From: Geminicoccaceae bacterium
GTDB taxonomy: Bacteria > Pseudomonadota > Alphaproteobacteria > Geminicoccales > Geminicoccaceae
DNA: 64,000 nucleotides
Assembly (NCBI GenBank): GCA_020445645.1
Contig: JAGRGG010000020.1
Location: 19,776-83,775 of the forward strand
Reading direction: 5' to 3'
Position 1 is the stretch's first letter. The number at the start of each line of letters is the position of its first letter. Shown one piece after another: positions 1 through 7,898 of the stretch. The notes under the pieces are model-generated. The model was not told where the DNA came from, ran no database searches, and worked only from the letters and a program-made list of their open reading frames with translations. Both the position numbers and the translations under genes were made by a program.

Positions 1-332
1 GCCTCCTCGACCAAGTCGTCACCTTCTCGATCCTCTCGGGCCTCCTCGGCTACACCTTCATGCCGATCAACATGCACCTGTTCCGCAAGCGCTGGCCCCT
101 GGGCTCGATCGAGCGCGGCTACGTCCATCCCTTCCACCCCCTACCGGCGATCGTCCTCCTCGTCCTGTGCACCGCCACCTTCTTCGCCACCTACCTCGGC
201 TACGGCGTCCAGCTCCTCGCCATGATGTCCTTCTACATCGTGGCGTCCCTGTGGTTCGCCTTCCACCGCTACAAGTACGTGCGCCGCGGCGACCAGTTCA
301 CCATGCCCTGGCCGCGCCCGCGCGGTTACTGA
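1..332 (+). CDS. APC-superfamily amino acid/ethanolamine-type permease, C-terminal fragment (5' end is off-window)
   Basis: The frame is open from the window edge (codon phase starts at nt 3: LLDQVVTFSILSGLLGYTF...). It ends in two hydrophobic helices (PLPAIVLLVLCTATFFATYLGYGVQLLAMMSFYIVASLWFAF) and a basic tail, which is typical of APC permease C-termini. Confidence 0.55.
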   Translation, partial: LLDQVVTFSILSGLLGYTFMPINMHLFRKRWPLGSIERGYVHPFHPLPAIVLLVLCTATFFATYLGYGVQLLAMMSFYIVASLWFAFHRYKYVRRGDQFTMPWPRPRGY

Positions 333-377
333 GGAGGCACGCTTCGCGTCCGCTGGCGCGGGGCCTTTTACCTTTCT

Positions 378-439
378 TTTTCGTCTGTTCTCCGGGCTTG
401 GCTCGAACGTTCGAGCCAAGCCCGGAGAACAGACGAAAA
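378..439. repeat. Perfect 62-bp palindrome (31-bp arms), the core of a ~140-bp imperfect palindrome spanning ~339-477
   Basis: I paired it base by base: position i pairs with 817-i for every position from 378 to 439. The outer arms acgcttcgcg..gcgcggggc (339-364) and gccccgcgc..cgcgaagcgt (452-476) are also largely complementary. A T-run lies 5' and an A-run lies 3', so this is not a canonical intrinsic terminator. Confidence 0.9.
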
Positions 440-506
440 GAAAAAAGAGAAGCCCCGCGCAGTGGGCGCGAAGCGTCGTTGTATGGCTGCCGAAGGAGAG
501 TCACCC

Positions 507-950
507 ATGCTGAAGAACATCCTCTGCGCCACCGACGGCTCGAAGGTCTCGGAGGAGGCGATCGACTTCGCCGCCGCCGCCGGGAAGGCGTTCGGCGCCC
601 CCGTCACGTTCCTGACCGTCAGCCACGTCGATCGGGCGAGCGCCGCCGGCACGCACTTCTGGGACGCGCGGACGTTCGAGGCCGGCGAGCGCCAGCTCTC
701 GGCGGAGATGCGGGCGGTGAAGGCGAGGGCCGAGGCGGGGGGGCTGACCCAGGCGCGCCACGCCGTCGTCCAGGGGCGCGACGTGGCGAAGGCGATCGTC
801 GCCTACGCCGAGGCGCACGGCCACGACCACGTCATCATGGGCTCGCACGGCAGCGGCGGGATCGAGCGGCTCCTCCTGGGCTCGGTCGCGTCCGCCGTCG
901 TCGCAAGGGCGCCCTGCCCCGTGACGATCGTCCGCCACCGGCGGCCGTGA
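507..950 (+). CDS. uspA: Universal stress protein (UspA family)
   Basis: MLKNILCATDGS... at the N-terminus and GSHGSGGIERLLLGSVASAVVARAPCPVTIV at the C-terminus (Usp ATP-binding G-x2-G-x9-G-S motif). A GAAGGAGAG RBS lies at 492-500, ahead of ATG 507. Confidence 0.85.
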   Translation: MLKNILCATDGSKVSEEAIDFAAAAGKAFGAPVTFLTVSHVDRASAAGTHFWDARTFEAGERQLSAEMRAVKARAEAGGLTQARHAVVQGRDVAKAIVAYAEAHGHDHVIMGSHGSGGIERLLLGSVASAVVARAPCPVTIVRHRRP

Positions 951-1636
951 CGGCGAGCCTCGCACTCGGCGGCGGGCTCGCCGCTTTGGGCGGCGCGCTC
1001 CTCGCCCGGCGCTACCGCGCCGACGCGCGGGCGGCGCACGCTTGGCGCGCGGGGCTGCTCGACGCCGGAAGGGGCCTCCTCGACGACGCCCGCGTCGAGG
1101 CGGGTCCGGACGGCTACCCCGTGCTCGCCGGGCGCTTCGAGGATCTCCCGGTCCGGGTGCGGGCGCTGGCGGAGGCGGTCGCGGTGCGCAAGCTCCCGGC
1201 GCTTTGGCTCATCGCCGACGTCGAGGCGCCGAGCGGGGTGCGGGGCGTCCTCGACCTCCTCATGCGGCCCGCCAACGTCGAGTTCTTCTCGCCGCACGCC
1301 CGGCTGGAGGAGCGGGTCGAGGCGCCGGAGGGCTGGCCCGAAGGCGCCGTCCTCAAGGCGCGGCACGCGGAGCGCCTGCCCGGCCTCGCCTGCCTCGAAC
1401 CCCACCTCGGCCCGTTCCGGCATGGGGGGCCGGGCAAGGAACTCCTGCTCACCCCCCGCCTCACCCGGCTCGTCGTCCTCGGCGACGAGGGTGCGAGGGG
1501 AAGCTTCCTCCTCCTGCGCCAGGGCCGTTTCGCCGAAGGGGGCGTCCCGGCCGACCGCCTCGCCGACCTCGTGCGCCGCGTCGCCGCCGTCCACCGCGCC
1601 GTGGGCGCGGCGTGCGCTGGCGCGCGGGCGGCGTGA
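947..1636 (+). CDS. Hypothetical protein with an N-terminal membrane anchor
   Basis: GTG 947 overlaps the uspA stop (GTGA). The N-terminus is hydrophobic (LALGGGLAALGGALLA). Codon usage matches the neighbours. I recognise no family. Confidence 0.45.
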   Translation: MTASLALGGGLAALGGALLARRYRADARAAHAWRAGLLDAGRGLLDDARVEAGPDGYPVLAGRFEDLPVRVRALAEAVAVRKLPALWLIADVEAPSGVRGVLDLLMRPANVEFFSPHARLEERVEAPEGWPEGAVLKARHAERLPGLACLEPHLGPFRHGGPGKELLLTPRLTRLVVLGDEGARGSFLLLRQGRFAEGGVPADRLADLVRRVAAVHRAVGAACAGARAA

Positions 1637-1944
1637 AGGCCCTGGACCCCCCGACCGGCGCCGGCAACGGCGACGTGCCGCGCCCGCCCCACCCCCGGCT
1701 CGTCCTCCTGCTTGCCGTCCTCCTGCCGGGGGTCGGCCACGTCGCCGCCGGGTTCCCGCGGCGGGGCCTCGTCTTCCTGTTCTACACGGTGCTGTTCGGC
1801 TGGCTCACCGCCCGCTACGCCTACCCCGACGCCTCCTTCGTCGGCCGCCACGCCGGCGGGTTCCTCGTCTACGCCCTCTCGATCCCCGACGCCTACCGCC
1901 TCGCCCGGCTGCGTTACGCGCGCTGGCGGGCGGACCGGGCCTGA
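1633..1944 (+). CDS. Hypothetical small membrane protein (2-3 TM helices)
   Basis: GTG 1633 overlaps the preceding stop (GTGA). TM segments include LVLLLAVLLPGVGHVAAG and GLVFLFYTVLFGWL. The start is uncertain. Confidence 0.45.
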   Translation: MKALDPPTGAGNGDVPRPPHPRLVLLLAVLLPGVGHVAAGFPRRGLVFLFYTVLFGWLTARYAYPDASFVGRHAGGFLVYALSIPDAYRLARLRYARWRADRA

Positions 1945-1946
1945 AA

Positions 1947-1962
1947 ACGCCCCGCAGGGCGT
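1947..1962 (+). terminator. Weak stem-loop after the uspA-operon genes (ACGCCC-CGCA-GGGCGT)
   Basis: 6-bp GC stem with a 4-nt loop, 3 nt after the stop at 1944. There is no U-tract, so this is only a candidate. Confidence 0.25.
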
Positions 1963-1970
1963 AAAGCCTG

Positions 1971-1998
1971 TTGCATTATGTGCACTTTTTGTTACTCT
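1971..1998 (+). promoter_or_regulatory. Candidate sigma70-like promoter for dmmD (TTGCAT-16 nt-TACTCT) in an AT-rich island
   Basis: This is the only AT-rich stretch between 1945 and 2030. The -35-like hexamer is at 1971-1976 and the -10-like hexamer at 1993-1998. A GGGAGA RBS lies at 2016-2021. Confidence 0.25.
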
Positions 1999-2030
1999 CA
2001 GTTAACAAATTTGGATGGGAGACGAATGCG

Positions 2031-3167
2031 ATGCCCCTTTCGTGGAGAAGTTCCGCCCTCGTCGAGCGCCACAAGGCGCTCGGGTCGAAGCTCGAGGACT
2101 GGTCCGGCCTCGGCACCGCCTGGACCTACGACAAGGACATCGACGACGAGCACGCCGCCATCCGCACGAAGGCAGGGCTCATGGACGTGTCGGGCCTCAA
2201 CAAGATCCACCTCGTCGGGCCGCACGCCGAGGCGCTCATCTACGAGGCGACGACCCGCGACACGACGAAGATCGCCCCCGGCCGCTCGACCTACGCCGCG
2301 ATGCTCGACGACGACGGCCACTTCATCGACGACTGCATCATCTACCGCCTGGGGCCGAACAGCTGGATGGTCGTCCACGGCACGGGCTACGGGACCCAGC
2401 AGCTGTCCCGCTCGGTGCTGGGCCGCAACGCCGCCGTGCTCTACGACGACGACCTGCACGACCTCTCGCTCCAGGGGCCGCTCGCCGTTGACTTCCTGGA
2501 AAAGCACGTGCCGGGCATCCGCGACCTGCGCTACTTCGCCCACATGCAGACCCGCCTGTTCGACGCACCCGTCATGATCTCGCGCACGGGCTACACCGGC
2601 GAGCGCGGCTACGAGATCTTCTGCAAGGGGGCGCACGCGCCGACGGTCTGGGACCGGATCGTCGAGGAGGGCGCCGATATGGGGATCATCCCCTGCTCGT
2701 TCAGCGTGCTCGACATGCTGCGCGTCGAGAGCTACCTGCTCTTCTTCCCCTTCGACAACTCGCAGACCTACCCCTTCGAGAACGGCGACCCCCCCGGCGA
2801 CAGCCTCTGGGAACTCGGGCTCGACTTCACCGTGAGCCCCGGCAAGTCCGGCTTTCGCGGCGCCGAGGCGCACCGGCGCCTGAAGGGCAAGGAGCGGTTC
2901 AAGATCTTCGGCGTCCTCCTCGAGGGCGACAAGGCGGCCAAGGGCGGCGACGAGGTGTACGCCGACGGCAGGAAGGTCGGCGTCGTCACCGAGGGTCTGG
3001 TCTCGAAGCTCACCGGCAAGTCGATGGCGATCGCCCGGCTCGACCCCTCCGTCGCCGTGCAGGGAACCAAGCTCGAAGTCAGGGGCAAGAATGTCCAGGC
3101 AAGCGGCATCGCCCACACCCTGCCCTTCGACGACCCGGACAAGAAGAAGCGCACGGCGGTCGGCTGA
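2031..3167 (+). CDS. dmmD: Aminomethyltransferase (GcvT) family THF-binding subunit of dimethylamine monooxygenase / heme-dependent oxidative N-demethylase (gamma subunit)
   Basis: GcvT-fold sequence (AIRTKAGLMDVSGLNKIHLVGPHA..., ISRTGYTGERGYEIF). It is immediately followed by dmmA/B/C-type genes. Confidence 0.8.
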   Translation: MPLSWRSSALVERHKALGSKLEDWSGLGTAWTYDKDIDDEHAAIRTKAGLMDVSGLNKIHLVGPHAEALIYEATTRDTTKIAPGRSTYAAMLDDDGHFIDDCIIYRLGPNSWMVVHGTGYGTQQLSRSVLGRNAAVLYDDDLHDLSLQGPLAVDFLEKHVPGIRDLRYFAHMQTRLFDAPVMISRTGYTGERGYEIFCKGAHAPTVWDRIVEEGADMGIIPCSFSVLDMLRVESYLLFFPFDNSQTYPFENGDPPGDSLWELGLDFTVSPGKSGFRGAEAHRRLKGKERFKIFGVLLEGDKAAKGGDEVYADGRKVGVVTEGLVSKLTGKSMAIARLDPSVAVQGTKLEVRGKNVQASGIAHTLPFDDPDKKKRTAVG

Positions 3168-3245
3168 CCCGCCCGATTGGCGGCGCCCCTTGAAGGGGTG
3201 CCGCCGGCGCCTTACCATCTTGAACAGGGGGACGACAGGCAGCCC

Positions 3246-3839
3246 ATGCTGGTTTCCGACATCAAGAGCCGACCCGTCTACCAGGGCCTTCGCTTCGACC
3301 CGAAGGCGCGGCGCCACCTCGTCGCCGCCGACGACGAGGGTGCCATCGCCGTCGAGGCGCTGGCCGGGGAGGGCGGAGACACCTTCGCCCGGAACGCCAC
3401 CGTCCTTTACACGGGGCGCGACGACGGCCGGGCGCGGATCGAGGCGCTGAAGACCGACGCGGTCTACGTCACGCCCACCGTTCCGACCCTGCTGACGCGC
3501 CTCGACGTCATCCTCGCCGCCGCCGGCATGACGGATCGCCTCTACGTCGCGGGCGACGAGGGCTTCATCGGCCAAGTCGTGGCGCTCGGCATGAGGCACG
3601 GCATCGACCACGTCTCGATCCGCACCGAGCACCGGGGCTCCCTGCAACGCCGGGTGCAGTGCGTCCACTGCAAGGGGATCACCGAGGGCGTGACCACGAG
3701 CATCGCCACCTGCGCGCATTGCGGCCTCCACCTCATCGTCCGCGACCACTATTCGCGCCGGCTCGCCGCGTTCATGGGGGTCTGCGCCGACGCCGAGGAG
3801 CCGGGCGTCCTGCCGCCCGTCGAGGAGATCTTCAAGTGA
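3246..3839 (+). CDS. dmmA: Dimethylamine monooxygenase subunit DmmA (small Cys-rich delta subunit)
   Basis: ~197 aa with a C-terminal CxxC...CxxC (VQCVHCKG...ATCAHCGLHL). Its position between the GcvT-like and PDR-type reductase genes matches the dmmDABC order. ATG 3246 is preferred over the ORF-track start at 3177. Confidence 0.7.
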   Translation: MLVSDIKSRPVYQGLRFDPKARRHLVAADDEGAIAVEALAGEGGDTFARNATVLYTGRDDGRARIEALKTDAVYVTPTVPTLLTRLDVILAAAGMTDRLYVAGDEGFIGQVVALGMRHGIDHVSIRTEHRGSLQRRVQCVHCKGITEGVTTSIATCAHCGLHLIVRDHYSRRLAAFMGVCADAEEPGVLPPVEEIFK

Positions 3840-4798
3840 GCGGCGGGGTCGAGATCCGGGTCCGCGTCGCCGAGGCCGAGCCGGTGGCCGACGGCATCAA
3901 GCGCCTGCGCCTCGTCCCGGTCGACGGCGGGCATCTGCCGGTCTTCTCGGGCGGCTCGCACATCGTCGTCTCGATGCAGGACGGCGAGCGCCGCATCCGC
4001 AACTCCTACTCGCTCATGGGCTCGCCGCGCGACACGGCGGGCTACGAGATCACCGTGCTGAAGACCCCCGAATCGCGCGGCGGGTCGATCTACATCCACG
4101 AGCACGCGAAGGTGGGGCTGGAGCTGACGATCAGCTATCCCCTCAACCTCTTCCCCGCCGCCCACCGTGCCAGGAAGCACCTCCTCCTCGCCGGCGGGAT
4201 CGGCATCACCCCTTTCATCCCGATCATGGCGGAACTCGACGAGGCGGGCGCCACCTTCGAGTTGCACTACGCCATGCGCTCGGCCAAGCTCGGCGCCTAC
4301 GCCGACCGCCTCGCCGAACGCTACGGCCGCCGCGTCCGGCTCTACCGCAGCGACCAGGGCCAGCGCATCCCCGTGGGCGACCTCCTTTCGAACCAGAAGC
4401 TCGGCACCCACCTCTACGTCTGCGGGCCGGAGCGGATGATCGAGGGCGTCGTCCTGGCGGCGCGCGCGGCCGGCTGGCCGGGCGAGAACGTCCACCTCGA
4501 GCGCTTCGTCGCCCCGCCGGGGGGAGACCCCTTCAAGGCCAGGCTCGCGCGCTCGAACATCGAGGTCGAGGTCGGGCCGCACACCACCCTCCTCGAAGCC
4601 GTCGAGGCGGCGGGCGTCGATGCCGCCTACCTCTGCCGAGGGGGGGTCTGCGGGCAGTGCGAGACCGACGTGATCGCCTGCGACGGCACCCTCGTCCACA
4701 ACGACCACTTCCTCACCGAGGCCGAGCACAAGGCCGGCAAGAAGCTCATGATCTGCGTCTCCCGCTTCAAGGGGCGGGAGCTCGTCCTCGACCTGTAA
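3836..4798 (+). CDS. dmmB: PDR/VanB-family flavin reductase with C-terminal plant-type 2Fe-2S ferredoxin (DmmB)
   Basis: RNSYSL FMN-binding motif, LLAGGIGITPF NAD(P)H-binding motif, C-terminal CRGGVCGQCE..C cluster. GTG 3836 overlaps the dmmA stop (GTGA). Confidence 0.85.
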   Translation: MSGGVEIRVRVAEAEPVADGIKRLRLVPVDGGHLPVFSGGSHIVVSMQDGERRIRNSYSLMGSPRDTAGYEITVLKTPESRGGSIYIHEHAKVGLELTISYPLNLFPAAHRARKHLLLAGGIGITPFIPIMAELDEAGATFELHYAMRSAKLGAYADRLAERYGRRVRLYRSDQGQRIPVGDLLSNQKLGTHLYVCGPERMIEGVVLAARAAGWPGENVHLERFVAPPGGDPFKARLARSNIEVEVGPHTTLLEAVEAAGVDAAYLCRGGVCGQCETDVIACDGTLVHNDHFLTEAEHKAGKKLMICVSRFKGRELVLDL

Positions 4799-4823
4799 GC
4801 GCCCTCCAGCCAGGAGTACCGCC

Positions 4824-5867
4824 ATGGCGGCCATCGCCTTCAAGCCCGGAACGTACCGCGACGACTTCACCTTCAGGAACAGCGAGGAGGCGATCCGCCA
4901 CTTCCCGTTCCCGTTCGACAAAGACTCGTACATGTACGCGGTCAACATCGAGCAGCACATGCCGGGGCCGAAGAAGAGCGCCACCGAGTTCCCGATCGAC
5001 GTCGACGAGCACTACGTCGCCGAGATGGCCGACCGGGCGATGGTCCTGAAGGAAGACCCGCTGCGCTGCCAGTCCCAGCCGCACATGATCACGGCGGAAT
5101 GGGACCTGCTCGAACTCCTGATGTCCTCGATGGCGAGGGACTACCCGGAGCACTTCGCGCTCCTGCGCGACGGCGACCGCTGGCACTGGATCAACCGCCC
5201 CTTGGGCATCGAGCACCGCTTCACCTTCGGCGATACGACCACCCTGCCCTACGGCCCGATGGAGTACATCACCCGCCAGTGCCAGGGCGATTTCTGCCTC
5301 CTCGACCAGCGCAACGACAATCTGTGGATGGATGCCGGGATCGTCACCACCCAGGCCGACTGGTCGCTCGACTTCAACCTGGGGATGGACTTCATGGAGT
5401 GGCACGGGCCGGTGCCGCTCGCCCACGACCTCGGCGTCTTCGACCGGGCGCTCAAGTTCCTCTTGAACCTCCAGCAGGGCCGCCCCGTCCGCCGGCTGAA
5501 CTGGACGATGACGGTCAACCCCCGCCTCGACACCAGCCCCGAGAACTACCACAAGTGGGGCAAGGACCGGGCGAGCGTCACGCCCGAGAACGTCGGCGAG
5601 AAGGTCCACCTCCGGGTCGAACTCCAGGCCCTCTGGCGGCTGCCGCGCTCGAACGCGATCGTGTTCTCGATCCGCGCCTACCTGATCGCCATGCGCGAGG
5701 TGGTCACCGTCCCCAAATGGGGCCGCCGGCTGCACCGCGTCCTCGAATCGCTGCCGCCCGAGCTCGTCGACTACAAGGGCCTGACCCGCTACCGCGACTA
5801 CACCGTCGCGTACCTCGCCGACTACGACGACGGCGCCCCAACCTCGCCCGGTTTCGGCCCCGACTAG
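4824..5867 (+). CDS. dmmC: Heme-dependent oxidative N-demethylase alpha subunit (DUF3445 family, DmmC)
   Basis: 347 aa. The sequence has DUF3445-type blocks (QCQGDFCLLDQ, NWTMTVNPRLD, LRVELQALWRLPRSNAIVFSIR). It is the last gene of the dmmDABC order. Confidence 0.8.
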   Translation: MAAIAFKPGTYRDDFTFRNSEEAIRHFPFPFDKDSYMYAVNIEQHMPGPKKSATEFPIDVDEHYVAEMADRAMVLKEDPLRCQSQPHMITAEWDLLELLMSSMARDYPEHFALLRDGDRWHWINRPLGIEHRFTFGDTTTLPYGPMEYITRQCQGDFCLLDQRNDNLWMDAGIVTTQADWSLDFNLGMDFMEWHGPVPLAHDLGVFDRALKFLLNLQQGRPVRRLNWTMTVNPRLDTSPENYHKWGKDRASVTPENVGEKVHLRVELQALWRLPRSNAIVFSIRAYLIAMREVVTVPKWGRRLHRVLESLPPELVDYKGLTRYRDYTVAYLADYDDGAPTSPGFGPD

Positions 5868-5868
5868 G

Positions 5869-6198
5869 GTGGCCTGGACGATCCTCTTCCTCGCCGGCCT
5901 GTGCGAAATCGCGTGGGCCGTCGGGTTGAAGTACAGCGACAGCTTCACCCGCCTCTGGCCCTCGCTCGCCACGATCGTGGCGCTCGTGGCGAGCATGGTC
6001 CTCCTGGGGGTGGCGCTCCGCTCCCTGCCGCTCGGCACGGCCTACGCCGTCTGGACCGGGATCGGCGCCGTCGGCGCCCTCATCCTCGGCATCTTCCTGT
6101 TCGACGAATCCGCCGCGCTTCCCCGCCTCTTCTTCGCCGGACTCATCGTCGTCGGCATCCTCGGCCTCAAGGCGACCGCAGGGGCGGCGGGTTCGTGA
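5869..6198 (+). CDS. sugE: SMR-family small multidrug resistance protein, SugE/Gdx (guanidinium exporter) clade
   Basis: 109 aa with 4 TM helices. It aligns by eye almost throughout with E. coli SugE (AGLxEIAWAVGLKYS..., LPxGTAYAVWTGIGAVGA). It starts 1 nt after the dmmC stop. Confidence 0.85.
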   Translation: MAWTILFLAGLCEIAWAVGLKYSDSFTRLWPSLATIVALVASMVLLGVALRSLPLGTAYAVWTGIGAVGALILGIFLFDESAALPRLFFAGLIVVGILGLKATAGAAGS

Positions 6199-6224
6199 AC
6201 CTTCTTTAACAGGATGAAAAAAAT

Positions 6225-6242
6225 TTGCTTCCCATGAAGCAA
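6225..6242. promoter_or_regulatory. Inverted repeat TTGCTTC-N4-GAAGCAA in the AT-rich leader upstream of soxB/mgdA (candidate operator)
   Basis: Perfect 7-bp arms inside the only AT-rich patch of the 6199-6288 intergenic region, ~50 bp upstream of ATG 6289. Confidence 0.35.
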
Positions 6243-6288
6243 TGACCTAGATTGTCCATAACCCCGTCCGGAGAGCGAGCCCCCCGTC

Positions 6289-7530
6289 ATGCCCCTTTCC
6301 CTGCTCCGCTACGGCCTCCTCGGTCGCCGCGACAGCGACGCCTACTTTCCCCCCGAGCCCGAGTTCCGGACGAAGGCCGAGGTGGTCATTATCGGCGCGG
6401 GCGGGCATGGCTGCGCCGCCGCCTACTACCTCGCCAAGGAGCACGGGGTCCGGGACATCATGGTCCTGGACAAGGGCTACCTCGGCGGCGGCAACACGGC
6501 GCGCAACACGACGATCATCCGCTCGAACTACCTGACCCCCGAAGGGGTCGCCTTCTACAAGGAGTCCGTCGACCTCTTCCGCGACCTCGACCGCGAGTTG
6601 GGCATCAACCTGATGTACTCCGAGCGCGGCCACCTCACCCTCGCGCACACCGACGCCGCGATGCGCACCTCGCGCTGGCGGGCCGAGGTCAACAAGCACA
6701 TGGGGGTCGATTCGGAGCTGGTCTACCCGGATGAGATCGCCAAGCTCTGCCCGCAGCTCAACCTCTCGGACGGGGTGCGCTACCCGATCCTGGGCGCCCT
6801 CTACCACCCCCCCGGCGCCATCGCCCGCCACGACGCCGTCGCCTGGGGCTACGCCCGGGAAGCGACGCGGCTGGGGGTGCGCTTCCATCAGATGACGCAG
6901 GCCGAGGGCCTCCTCGTCGAGGGCGGGCGCGTCAAGGGCGTCGTCACCGGGCGCGGCACGATCCACTGCGGCAAGGTGCTCCAGGCGGTCGCCGGCTCGT
7001 CGTCGATCGTGGCGAAGATGGCGGGCCTCAAGCTGCCGATCCGCACGATCCCCCTCCAGGCCTGCGTCACCGAGCCCGTGAAGCCGATCCTCGACCCTAT
7101 CATCGTCTCGGGCTCGCTCCACGCCTACATCTCGCAGAGCGCGCGGGGCGAGTTCGTCATGGGCGGCTCGACCGACCCCTATCCCCTCTACGCGTCGCGC
7201 TCGACGCTCGACTTCAAGGAGGGGCTGATGATGCACATGCTGGAGCTATTCCCCTTCCTCGCCGAGATGCGCCTCCTCCGCCAGTGGGCCGGGATCGCCG
7301 ACATGACCCCGGACTTCTCGCCGGTCATGGGGCTCACCCCCGTCGAGAACTACTACATCGATGCCGGCTGGGGCACCTGGGGCTTCAAGGCGACCCCGGT
7401 GTCGGGGAAACGCATGGCCGAGTGCGTCGCCACCGACCGACAGCCGGACCTCCTCGCCCCCTTCGCCCTCGACCGCTTCGAGCGCTTCGCCCCCGTGGGT
7501 GAAAAGGGCGCCGCCTCGGTCGGGCACTAG
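6289..7530 (+). CDS. soxB: Sarcosine oxidase beta-subunit family flavoprotein (from context, probably N-methylglutamate dehydrogenase subunit MgdA)
   Basis: VVIIGAGGHGCAAAYYLAK dinucleotide fold and LGGGNTARNTTIIRSNY (covalent-FMN His region). Followed by delta, alpha and gamma subunit genes. Confidence 0.9.
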   Translation: MPLSLLRYGLLGRRDSDAYFPPEPEFRTKAEVVIIGAGGHGCAAAYYLAKEHGVRDIMVLDKGYLGGGNTARNTTIIRSNYLTPEGVAFYKESVDLFRDLDRELGINLMYSERGHLTLAHTDAAMRTSRWRAEVNKHMGVDSELVYPDEIAKLCPQLNLSDGVRYPILGALYHPPGAIARHDAVAWGYAREATRLGVRFHQMTQAEGLLVEGGRVKGVVTGRGTIHCGKVLQAVAGSSSIVAKMAGLKLPIRTIPLQACVTEPVKPILDPIIVSGSLHAYISQSARGEFVMGGSTDPYPLYASRSTLDFKEGLMMHMLELFPFLAEMRLLRQWAGIADMTPDFSPVMGLTPVENYYIDAGWGTWGFKATPVSGKRMAECVATDRQPDLLAPFALDRFERFAPVGEKGAASVGH

Positions 7531-7556
7531 AAGCCGGGTATCTGGGAGACAGGACG

Positions 7557-7898
7557 ATGAAGCTCATGCGCTGCCCGCTCAACGGCGAACGCAACATTTC
7601 CGAGTTCGTCTGCGGCGGCGAGGTCAAGGCGATGCCGGACCCGGACAAGGCGAGCGACGCCGACTGGGGCCGCTACCTCTTCTTCGAGGACAACCCCGAC
7701 GGCGAGATCGTCGAGTGGTGGCTGCACGCGCCGTCCTCGTACTGGTTCATCGCCCGGCGCGATACCCGTACCGAGGCGGTCCTCGAGACGATGACCGTCC
7801 AGGAATGGCGGGAGCGGCAGGGGACTGTCGGGAGCGGGCAGGCGCAGGGGCAGAGCGCGGACTCGCAGGCGCACGGCGCGCAGGGAACGAACGGATGA
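7557..7898 (+). CDS. soxD: Sarcosine oxidase delta-subunit family protein (MgdB-like)
   Basis: MKLMRCPLNGERNISEFVCGGEV... is a characteristic SoxD N-terminus. Its stop overlaps the soxA start (ATGA). Confidence 0.9.
   Translation: MKLMRCPLNGERNISEFVCGGEVKAMPDPDKASDADWGRYLFFEDNPDGEIVEWWLHAPSSYWFIARRDTRTEAVLETMTVQEWRERQGTVGSGQAQGQSADSQAHGAQGTNG

Noticed and set aside
378-439. The 62-bp palindrome as a bidirectional Rho-independent terminator.
   Set aside because: On both strands the U-tract would precede rather than follow the stem (T-run 5', A-run 3'). The stem is also much longer than typical terminators. I kept it as a repeat of unknown function instead.
5868-5869. A guanidine (ykkC-type) riboswitch upstream of the SugE/Gdx gene.
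   Set aside because: Only 1 nt separates the dmmC stop from the SMR start, so there is no space for any leader RNA.
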